A stretch of 19,764 nucleotides of DNA from Candidatus Bathyarchaeia archaeon. Its GTDB lineage: Archaea > Thermoproteota > Bathyarchaeia > Bathyarchaeales > Bathycorpusculaceae. The stretch lies in the NCBI GenBank assembly GCA_050012255.1, contig JBEKHN010000026.1:1-19764 (forward strand), read 5' to 3'. Positions 7,655-16,900 of this stretch are shown one piece after another. The position numbers and the translations under genes were made by a program. How positions within the stretch are numbered: the first letter of the stretch is position 1; each line of letters opens with the position of its first letter. Below the pieces are notes generated by a model, which was given only the letters and a program-made list of their open reading frames with translations, made no database searches and was not told where the DNA came from.

Positions 7655-7800
7655 CTGCGTGACCTCCTTGGATTTTGGTCAACACTTTGTTGTGTCACTG
7701 TATCTACAAGATAAAGTTCAATCAAAGCACTGAAAGGCTCATCGCTTTGCTGGTTTGCTAGATATTCCGTTTTTTTGTGTTTGTTGCTCAAATCTTGCAC
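7648..7800 (-). CDS. Small hypothetical protein (50 aa) between gvpG and gvpJ
   Basis: Hand translation from GTG: MQDLSNKHKKTEYLANQQSDEPFSALIELYLVDTVTQQSVDQNPRRSRRW*. Fills the gvpG-gvpJ gap and overlaps the gvpJ start. No recognisable family; weak RBS. Confidence 0.4.
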   Translation of the reverse strand: MQDLSNKHKKTEYLANQQSDEPFSALIELYLVDTVTQQSVDQNPRRSRRW

Positions 7801-7811
7801 TACCTTCTAAC

Positions 7812-8099
7812 CTAGCTTAGAATGTTTATCCTCTGATCGAGGTTGACTCTGCTCACTCGCTTATTCATCAGGCGCTGGTGGTTCAGCCTGCTGTTTCGTT
7901 TGGCGTATTCTTCTTTCGTTATTTCGCCCAGCTCAAAGAGCAGTCGGGTCTCTCTAATTTCATTGATAATTCTTTGCTGAATTTCCTTCACTCTTGAGTC
8001 ATCAACGTAATCTGTGATTGTTTCCATAAGCCAGATCATGTCAAACGGTGGTATGGATAAGCCAAACATTCGCAGGAAAATGTCGTCTATGAAAAACAT
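7812..8099 (-). CDS. gvpG: Gas vesicle protein GvpG
   Basis: MFFIDDIF...EIRETRLLFELGEITKEEY resembles haloarchaeal GvpG. Follows gvpF; AGGTGA RBS before ATG 8099. Confidence 0.88.
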   Translation of the reverse strand: MFFIDDIFLRMFGLSIPPFDMIWLMETITDYVDDSRVKEIQQRIINEIRETRLLFELGEITKEEYAKRNSRLNHQRLMNKRVSRVNLDQRINILS

Positions 8100-8108
8100 T
8101 TGTTTCAC

Positions 8109-8762
8109 CTATTTTTTTGTAATCTCCACGCCGTCTGCTCCGATTTTTATGTAAACAAAGTTGTGGGGTGCCCAGGGTCCACTGTACAAGATTCTGATCG
8201 CAGGATACTTGTTTTGCATTCTTGAGACTTCATCGGAAAAGGTGTCCACGCGTTCCTTGTTGACTAGGAACGACGCGTTTAGAATCAGTCGGTCACTGAA
8301 TAGGTCGCCAATAACGACCTGTTTAGCCGCAGTCTTCAGTGATCCTATGATGTCTGAGGCGCAGTCTTTCCTTTTTTGCGCATCAGTAAACACGGTGTTC
8401 TCGGTTATCACGGCTTTTACTCCGAGCTCAACCATGTTGTCTAATAGCTTCAGGCAATCTTTTACAGGATCATACGCTTTTTTGAGTAAACGTTTCAGAA
8501 GTATCTCGTTCATTATTGTTGTTCCAAACTCTGCAGGCACAACCGCGTATTCTCCCATCACTTGCCGTATCACGTCTTCGTGCTTTGTTGTGTTCTCTTC
8601 AGTTAGCTCGTAGTCTTTCATGGGAGAATCGCTGACTACGGCGGCAACATCCAAATAGGGAATTGCGTAAACTTCGCTGTTATCCATGCCTATTCTGCCG
8701 AAGCTCTTTTCTTCACCGCAAAGTGTCGCGCAGTAGAGATATTTCCCATTTTCTTTTTCCAT
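8109..8762 (-). CDS. gvpF: Gas vesicle protein GvpF
   Basis: GKYLYC, AAVVSD, HEDVIRQVM, VVPAEFG, VELGVK, LFSDRLILNASFLV, YSGPWAPHNFVYIKIG. Start at ATG 8762 or TTG 8768. Confidence 0.92.
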   Translation of the reverse strand: MEKENGKYLYCATLCGEEKSFGRIGMDNSEVYAIPYLDVAAVVSDSPMKDYELTEENTTKHEDVIRQVMGEYAVVPAEFGTTIMNEILLKRLLKKAYDPVKDCLKLLDNMVELGVKAVITENTVFTDAQKRKDCASDIIGSLKTAAKQVVIGDLFSDRLILNASFLVNKERVDTFSDEVSRMQNKYPAIRILYSGPWAPHNFVYIKIGADGVEITKK

Positions 8763-8772
8763 GATCAAACCT

Positions 8773-9603
8773 CTAAATTTTAGTTTCCTGCTGCAAGTAA
8801 TGATTCAGAAGTTGGTGAGCTTGAATGTGCGAGTTGACCAAGTTTCTTATTTTTGGTTTGGCTTCTTCAACTGGACCGTAGACTATTTCCTTGCCAGACT
8901 TCTTAACCGTCAGTATTCCTTTCTGTTTTAACGAGTGAAGCAGCGGGTATATGGTTCCAGGGCTCAGCAGAACGTTGAATTTCAAGTGTATAGTTCCTAT
9001 TATGTCGAGTCCGCACATCGTCTCCTTTTGCAGGATAGCGAGGATGATGTTTTCCAGATTGTCCTTCACCATTTTTTCGATGGAGTCACCTGAAACTTTA
9101 GATTCATCAAACAAGTCTCCAGAGAGTATTGTCAGATCACTGGTTGTAAGGCGAAGTTGATTGTGGTAGCCTGCCAATTGCTTGATTTTTTCAAAGCTAA
9201 GTTTGGCAACGTCATAGGTGCAGAGGCAATCTATGTTCCGCCCTTTGCAAAATGCGTTCAGAAAATTCTCCCTTTCTTCAATTTCAGCGCTTTTCTGGTT
9301 GACCATGGATCCTGCGTCTACGATGAGCTGCATTTCACGGGTTTCTTCTTTTTTGAGTTCTTTGAGTCCTTCGGGCGGGATAATTCTTAGCTTAACATTC
9401 GCTGGGTTGAACTCACGCATCAGAGCTGCTTGGTCGCTGGTGGTTACATACACTATTTGCTTTTCGTTTTGGGTGGGAATTAGAAATGCTCTCTGGATGG
9501 GGTATTTGTCGACCTTAGGTGTGTAAAGGTGAAGGGTGTGGTTTAGGCATTTGACTTCTCTATTTGGAGATATTTGAATGCCGAAGGCGGACGTTGTATC
9601 CAT
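8773..9603 (-). CDS. Transcriptional regulator: putative MEDS-like N-terminal domain plus GvpE-like/PadR winged helix
   Basis: C-terminal LENIILAIL...CGLDII...LLSPGTIYPLLHSLKQKGIL...VY resembles GvpE/PadR. N-terminal HTLHLY...LIVDAG...CLCTYD is the MEDS-like pattern. Occupies the gvpE position, just upstream of gvpF. Confidence 0.8.
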   Translation of the reverse strand: MDTTSAFGIQISPNREVKCLNHTLHLYTPKVDKYPIQRAFLIPTQNEKQIVYVTTSDQAALMREFNPANVKLRIIPPEGLKELKKEETREMQLIVDAGSMVNQKSAEIEERENFLNAFCKGRNIDCLCTYDVAKLSFEKIKQLAGYHNQLRLTTSDLTILSGDLFDESKVSGDSIEKMVKDNLENIILAILQKETMCGLDIIGTIHLKFNVLLSPGTIYPLLHSLKQKGILTVKKSGKEIVYGPVEEAKPKIRNLVNSHIQAHQLLNHYLQQETKI

Positions 9604-9631
9604 CGCTATTTCCCCTTTTAGTCGCTGGCTG

Positions 9632-9919
9632 TTATACTTCTGCCGTTTCGTCTGGCGTTATCATGTCGCAGCGTCTTCTAGTCATCTTCTGCGTCCAGCC
9701 GATTAGTTCGCCATCCTTAGTGAGTCTGATCTGGTATCTTCCTAGAATGTCTTGAGTGTCAGGTACTGCCTTTCTCTCCAGAACTTCAACTGTAACTCTC
9801 CATTCGCCATTTTTTTCCGTGACATCTACAATGGTCTCGGGAGTCTTGGAAATGTACTTCTTCGCTATGGCAAGCGCGTTTTCAGTAACTTTGTATATTG
9901 AAGCCTTCTGCGTTTCCAT
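9632..9919 (-). CDS. gvpO: Gas vesicle protein GvpO
   Basis: WRVTVEVLERKAVPDTQDILGRYQIRL...G is the GvpO signature. Follows gvpN. Confidence 0.93.
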   Translation of the reverse strand: METQKASIYKVTENALAIAKKYISKTPETIVDVTEKNGEWRVTVEVLERKAVPDTQDILGRYQIRLTKDGELIGWTQKMTRRRCDMITPDETAEV

Positions 9920-9921
9920 TT

Positions 9922-11022
9922 CTATTCCTCCGGTTTCTGGTAGGCATAGGTGTTGCAGACGTTGATGGCTGGGATTGTTGCGCCAGTTTTCCCGATTTGA
10001 ACTTCAGTGTAGGCTTCGTCAAGTATTTCTTTTATGAGGTCGGTTTTATTGAGGGCCCCCAGGGGGTTGCCTATTTTGGTTGCGAGAACATCCAAGCAGA
10101 TCTGTTCAAAATCTTCGCTTGAGTAGTTGCCTAGAGTCTTCAAACCCTGAGAAATCATTATTTCTGCTCTGGTGCCGGGTTTATGAGGTTCAGGTAGTTT
10201 TTCTCTCATTGTCCTTACGACTGTGACAATTTTTTTCGCTTCAGGAAGTGAGATGCGAGAGTGCGCCTGAACGATTTTTACCTCTGTATCAAAATCGTAA
10301 TAGTCCATGTATATGTCTATCATTCTGTCTAGCAGGGCGTCTTGTGGTTTGTGTACTCCTGCGTATTCTATGGAGTTGCTTGTGAATATCACGTTGAAGT
10401 CAGGATGAACTTTTACGTATCTTTCTTCTCCGAACATTGTTGGAAGTTCGAGTATATGTTCCTCTAGTACCGATAGGAGAACGTTGTTTGCTTCTGGTTT
10501 TGATCTTGAGAACTCGTTGTAAACTAGCGTGTAGCCGTATTTGCATGCGAGGGTTAGTGGATTGTCAACCCACTTGTATTTTGTTCTGTCTTTGGTTAAC
10601 CAGACGTTGTGAATGTATTTGTCTCTCACGCTCTCAGCTTCCATTTCCGAGTACCCGCCGATTAGGTCAGTTGTGGTCATCTGATCGTCGCCGTTTATCC
10701 ATACTGTGGGTCTGCCTAACTCTTTTGCCACCTGCATGGCCAGCGTGGTTTTTCCGCAGCCTGTTGGTCCTACTACGTGAGGAGGGAATCCCGCTCTAAC
10801 CCACAGTCTAACTCTGTCCTTTAGCTTGCTGACTTGTTCTGTTTCGATGAAACTTTCAATTGTGGGTATCAAAAATTCCGTTTCTATGTTGCCGATTGAG
10901 AGTTTTAGCGTTTTCTTTTCTGGGGCTTTCTTTTCCAAGATTAGTTTTGTGTGTCTTTCGTCCGCCGTTTCGTGAACTCTTTTTCCCCGAACAATTCTAT
11001 TATGAATGGGTGCATATTTCAT
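9922..11022 (-). CDS. gvpN: Gas vesicle AAA+ ATPase GvpN
   Basis: HVVGPTGCGKTT (Walker A), WVDNPLTLAC, LVYNEFSRSKPEANNVLL, VHPDF, TSNSIEYAGVH, QDALLDR. Confidence 0.96.
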   Translation of the reverse strand: MKYAPIHNRIVRGKRVHETADERHTKLILEKKAPEKKTLKLSIGNIETEFLIPTIESFIETEQVSKLKDRVRLWVRAGFPPHVVGPTGCGKTTLAMQVAKELGRPTVWINGDDQMTTTDLIGGYSEMEAESVRDKYIHNVWLTKDRTKYKWVDNPLTLACKYGYTLVYNEFSRSKPEANNVLLSVLEEHILELPTMFGEERYVKVHPDFNVIFTSNSIEYAGVHKPQDALLDRMIDIYMDYYDFDTEVKIVQAHSRISLPEAKKIVTVVRTMREKLPEPHKPGTRAEIMISQGLKTLGNYSSEDFEQICLDVLATKIGNPLGALNKTDLIKEILDEAYTEVQIGKTGATIPAINVCNTYAYQKPEE

Positions 11023-11049
11023 ATTTCAAAGTCACCGTTTACCTTTCAT

Positions 11050-11128
11050 CTATAGCAAGAATTACGATGTTACCTTTTAAGCAATATTCAAGATTTCGTT
11101 ACGAAAACTGTATCGAAAATCGAAAACC
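11050..11128 (-). promoter_or_regulatory. Putative gvpN promoter (BRE/TATA block plus upstream TTTTCG repeats)
   Basis: Minus-strand TTGAATATTGCTTAAA (11076-11091) is 15/16 identical to the block upstream of gvpA. TATAG downstream and TTTTCGA upstream occur at the same spacings in both. Confidence 0.7.
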
Positions 11129-11251
11129 ACGCTGTAAGGCATCCTTAGTCTTAGGGTTAGGCAGCAAAAACCAATCATACAGCAATTCCCATTAAGACTG
11201 GGAGGTTTAAAATAAACGGATGACCTGAGAAAGGCACAATCTTCCTTTTTC

Positions 11252-11413
11252 TCAGAGCTTCTCCTTTTCAAGATCGTTCACCCACATCATGCGAACTCTT
11301 TGTGGGCGAGAAACAACAGATAAATACCCTACACTCTCTCTGTATTTTCTCAGCCACTTTATTTTCCTGTCTCTTTCTCTTGCGTTAACAGCGCTTTTCG
11401 GCATCTTAGACAA
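11252..11413 (-). CDS. Small basic protein (53 aa), possible minimal GvpI
   Basis: Below the ORF track cutoff. GGAGGTGA RBS (11420-11427) 6 nt before TTG. MSKMPKSAVNARERDRKIKWLRKYRESVGYLSVVSRPQRVRMMWVNDLEKEKL*; 15 K/R versus 6 D/E. Confidence 0.65.
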   Translation of the reverse strand: MSKMPKSAVNARERDRKIKWLRKYRESVGYLSVVSRPQRVRMMWVNDLEKEKL

Positions 11414-11468
11414 CCATATTCACCTCCTAATCAATCACGCTTGGATCCGACCAGTTCAGTATAAAGTT

Positions 11469-11520
11469 AAAAAAAGGGGATGGGAAAGGGAAAGCAAGTC
11501 GCATTATTATGTTACTGCGA
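11469..11520 (-). terminator. Putative terminator after gvpA-gvpC
   Basis: Minus strand: short inverted repeat TCGCA...TGCGA just after the gvpC stop, then a pyrimidine run CTTTCCCTTTCCCATCCCC ending in T7. Confidence 0.55.
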
Positions 11521-11524
11521 AGAC

Positions 11525-11890
11525 CTATCCGTAGAACTGCTTCGTGTATTCTTGGTGTTCGCTTATCTGCTTCTCGATGCTCGTTCGCATGGCCGCGATG
11601 CCTAGCATCATCTCAGCAACGCCGGATTGGAAAGCGGCGGCACCTGCCTTGTACTTGTTAACTTGATCTTTGATGCCTAGCTGAATTTCCTGGATGCCTG
11701 CTTGCATTTCGCGGAGACCTTCTTGTAGGGTGTTGATGCCTGACTCCCGCATTTCGTTGGCGGCTGATTGGAAGTTGGCGGCGGTCTGCTGGTATAGAGC
11801 CCTTTTGCCGTTGACTGTGTTTGATTTTGCGCTTTCGCTTGTTGGCTTAGCTGCTGTCCCTGTTTTCTTTTTCATTTTTTGTTTTGACAT
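11525..11890 (-). CDS. gvpC: Short GvpC-like helical-repeat protein
   Basis: Directly downstream of gvpA. Amphipathic helical repeats (AANFQSAANEM / AAAFQSGVAEM). VNGKR and the terminal QFYG recall the start and last repeat of haloarchaeal GvpC. Confidence 0.65.
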   Translation of the reverse strand: MSKQKMKKKTGTAAKPTSESAKSNTVNGKRALYQQTAANFQSAANEMRESGINTLQEGLREMQAGIQEIQLGIKDQVNKYKAGAAAFQSGVAEMMLGIAAMRTSIEKQISEHQEYTKQFYG

Positions 11891-11924
11891 TTCTGTTCAT
11901 CCCGAACACTATTTTGCCAGAGAT

Positions 11925-12152
11925 TTAGGCTGCGGGGACAGGAGCAGCTATTGCTGCCTGCTCGACCTTTGTGATTTCTTCTGCGTAGTGGAGGAAAGTA
12001 TCTACTGAGGCAACTACCACTCTAGCTTCAATGGTGAGGATTTCGATACCAACCAGAGAAGCTCTTGCCCACGCGTCGACGACTATGCCTTTGTCAAGTA
12101 CTCGATCGAGAACTTCTGCCAAACTGCCTGAATCTGGACTATGTGACACCAT
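11925..12152 (-). CDS. gvpA: Major gas vesicle structural protein GvpA
   Basis: [65 protein letters not shown] before ATG 12152; 75 aa. Confidence 0.98.
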   Translation of the reverse strand: MVSHSPDSGSLAEVLDRVLDKGIVVDAWARASLVGIEILTIEARVVVASVDTFLHYAEEITKVEQAAIAAPVPAA

Positions 12153-12187
12153 ATTTAGTTCACCTCTCAACCTGTTCTTTTGATTTC

Positions 12188-12259
12188 CTATACTCGAGTA
12201 TGATATATTGTTATTTAAGTAATATTCAACTGATGGGCACAGAACTCGACTCGAAAACC
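12188..12259 (-). promoter_or_regulatory. Putative gvpA promoter
   Basis: Minus-strand TTGAATATTACTTAAA (12214-12229), GGTTTTCGA upstream (12251-12259) and TATAG downstream (12188-12192). Same architecture as upstream of gvpN. Confidence 0.7.
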
Positions 12260-12413
12260 GATATACAGAAGATTACGTTTTGCCGCATATTACGGATTGA
12301 GAAACAAAGCTTATTACCCGATTTTCGCAAAATATATCGGGGTAAAGCCCACTCACGACGCAGAGCAAAACGTGATGGCCCCCGCGCTGGGAAATATGTA
12401 AGAGTGTGAATAC

Positions 12414-13010
12414 TTGGTCTGGTTAATCTGTCAGACAGCTTCCAGAAAGGGAAAAACCAAACTCTTAGTAAGAGGCACCCACGGAGCTGAATGGGTCTTT
12501 TGCCCAAGGGTCAAACGCATAAAAAACGACAAAATCAGCGTACACGGCTGTCAAAGATGCTCGCACTTTATATCCTTAGAACAAACCCGTACGCCGCAAG
12601 CACGAACTGGGAAAGGAAGGCTTCTGCCAAAGCGTACAAGCGTTCTTCATTTCATGAAGCCAGTAAGCAGATGGAAAACCAAATATCCAAGCGTAAACTC
12701 GCTTTCTCAACCGCTAAGTCTGATAAGGGAAAAGCAGCCTCTTATCGACGTCTTTGATGAGAAGAACCACTTCGTAATTTTGGCGCAATTGCCCGGCATT
12801 GATGAAAAAGATGTAAAAATTAAGGCAGACGAAAATAGCGTAACGATAACTGCACAAAACGCGACGAGACAGTTCCTGGAAACGATAAGGCTTCCAACGT
12901 GCATCAAGAAAGACACAATGAGATTCACTTACAGGAACAACATCCTGCAAGCAAGGCTGAAGAAAACAGCTTCATACAGCGTGGTTAAGAGTTTACAGGT
13001 TAATGGCTAG
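12414..13010 (+). CDS. Hsp20/alpha-crystallin family protein with a Cys-containing N-terminal domain
   Basis: C-terminal QPLIDVFDEKNHFVILAQLPGIDEKDVKI...IRLP...YRNNILQARLKK. N-terminal WVFCPR...GCQRCSHF. Start codon uncertain. Confidence 0.82.
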   Translation: MVWLICQTASRKGKTKLLVRGTHGAEWVFCPRVKRIKNDKISVHGCQRCSHFISLEQTRTPQARTGKGRLLPKRTSVLHFMKPVSRWKTKYPSVNSLSQPLSLIREKQPLIDVFDEKNHFVILAQLPGIDEKDVKIKADENSVTITAQNATRQFLETIRLPTCIKKDTMRFTYRNNILQARLKKTASYSVVKSLQVNG

Positions 13011-13045
13011 AAAGGGGAAAGTGGCGATTGTGAGTATCAATGCAG

Positions 13046-13657
13046 TCAATGTTTACGTGATGGCTGCAGTCCCGTAGCAATTTGATCCACGGCATCAATG
13101 AGTTTACGTAAGCCTGATTCTACGTCCCCACTTGATACGTGTAATATGATTTGAGAGGCATCTTTTCTTAGTGATGCCACTTGATGGCAAGTTTCGCAAT
13201 TCCATTTGCCTTTCTCAAAATCTGGGCACGCTAAAAGCGACTCCGCTGCCTTCATTAGTTCTCGTGCCTTGGCAGCTTTTGCGGTCAAGTCCTTGGCTTT
13301 GTTTGTTTCTTCCGTAAGTTGTTTGATTGTTCGTTCTGCTTCGAGGTATTTTGGGCAGCTTGTCTTTTGAGGTTGTTTGTTGACTTCGAAGCGTTTTGGG
13401 TTAATGGCTATTTCTACGCCTACGGATTCGCAGATTCTGTAGTATTTTCGTGCTGCTCCTGCGGGGCTGTTTCTCCAGAAGCTCTCTATTAGGCCGGCTT
13501 TCTCGACAATGCTGAGGTGTTTGAGGATGGCTGGTTGTGTGACTTCCAGTTTCTTGGCTATTTCGGATATGTACCGTGGTTCTTCGGAGAGAAGTGTAAG
13601 TATTTTTCTTCGGGTTTCGTTTCCGACGATTTGGAGGATCTTATCCGTTGGCTCCAT
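13046..13657 (-). CDS. Phr/HSR1-like heat-shock transcriptional repressor (ArsR-type wHTH) with a Cys-containing C-terminus
   Basis: ILQIVGNETRRKILTLLSEEPRYISEIAKKLEVTQPAILKHLSIVEKAGLIES...ARKYY parallels Pyrococcus Phr. Divergent from cdc48. ATG 13657 preferred. Confidence 0.85.
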   Translation of the reverse strand: MEPTDKILQIVGNETRRKILTLLSEEPRYISEIAKKLEVTQPAILKHLSIVEKAGLIESFWRNSPAGAARKYYRICESVGVEIAINPKRFEVNKQPQKTSCPKYLEAERTIKQLTEETNKAKDLTAKAAKARELMKAAESLLACPDFEKGKWNCETCHQVASLRKDASQIILHVSSGDVESGLRKLIDAVDQIATGLQPSRKH

Positions 13658-13683
13658 TGGGATGTACCTTACAATCAAGTGTA

Positions 13684-13725
13684 TAACAAAAGGTTTATAT
13701 ACATTTCGTTATTAACTAAAGGTTA
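13684..13725. promoter_or_regulatory. Two Phr/HSR1-type operators around a TATA box in the divergent phr/cdc48 promoter
   Basis: TAAC-AAAAG-GTTT (13684-13696) and TAAC-TAAAG-GTTA (13713-13725), with TTTATATA at 13694-13701. Confidence 0.75.
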
Positions 13726-13751
13726 CATATCTCAAGAGGCGAGACATACAC

Positions 13752-15937
<2,186 letters not shown>

Positions 15938-15941
<4 letters not shown>

Positions 15942-16900
15942 AAGAACTGGTAGCCAAAGAAGTTGAAAACACTGACTTCCAGGAGAACACTGAATTGGCT
16001 AAGGCACAGATTGATCAAACCCTTAGAAACATCCATAAAAGAATGAGCGAAGTTTTCCACATTGATTTTGCATATTTCAGTGACGTCAAAATAATCAAGC
16101 GCTCAGAAATCCAAAATGAGTTAGCCCAACGAACGTGGAACGATCTCGAAGAAAGCGGCGTTGCGCAAAGTAGCACTCAATGGAATCAAACCTTCGAAAC
16201 ACTTTTGAAAAATCCCACGGCGGAAATCTTCGAATACTTTGCCTTTTATAGCCCGCGAGATGACACATTGTACATAAACGAGAAAATGTTAACAGCCCCT
16301 CCGGAAAAAATAGTTTCTGTATGTGCTCACGAACTCGCAGAGAAACTTCTTTCCAGATATACTTCTTCGCCCATGAAGTCGTCCGTGCAGCCTGCCGTTA
16401 AACTCTACCTCGAAGCTAAAAAGACTAACAATACAAAGATACTGCACGAACTTCAGAACGTGTACATTGACACCGTTTTCAAAACCGTTTTCAAAGAAGG
16501 ATGCTGCGAGGCGATAGCACTTAAAACCTTACGCGGCATGGGATACGAAACAGATGTGGAGTCTTTGGAAAAAGAGTTACAGGAAGGCTACATGAAATGC
16601 ATAGACCTGCTATCGTACATAGAGAACGCAAGAATGAACGGAGAAACACGCCGTCAAGAGTTAGGCGAAGAACAACTAGCTAAGGGAGTTCTCAGGAGTT
16701 CCCAGATAATCAAAGGAGTTGCCTACTACTTGGGCTATCCGCTGGCGAAGACCATTCTGGAGAACTGCGGCATTGAAGGAGTTAGGTCTGCCCTCGAGAA
16801 TAATCCGCCGCTCAAAGCCGAGTATTTTGCCAATCCGCGAACATATCTGCAGTTACTGGAAAAATTGAAGCTGCCCAGTGAAGCAAAGGAGGTGAAGTAG
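15938..16900 (+). CDS. Hypothetical protein with zincin-like motifs (HExxE variant)
   Basis: [13 protein letters not shown]...CAHELAEK...KEGCCEAIA...YYLGY...NNPP...ANPRTY. ATGA overlap with the cdc48 stop. Confidence 0.6.

Noticed and set aside
2198-10799. Many plus-strand ORFs antisense to gvp/dnaK genes (e.g. 2971..3483, 8161..8613, 10437..10799)
   Set aside because: Shadow frames of clearly recognisable minus-strand genes; Ser/Phe-rich and without motifs.
11077-11271. 64-aa minus-strand ORF upstream of gvpN
   Set aside because: No RBS, odd composition, and it runs across the putative gvpN promoter. The 53-aa ORF at 11252..11413 is better supported.
11289-11534. 81-aa hydrophobic plus-strand ORF
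   Set aside because: Antisense to the RBS-supported small basic ORF and the terminator; its hydrophobicity mirrors the purine-rich opposite strand.
12065-12507. ORFs 12065..12409 (+) and 12226..12507 (-)
   Set aside because: They span the divergent gvpA/hsp20 promoter region and overlap real genes; no recognisable motifs.
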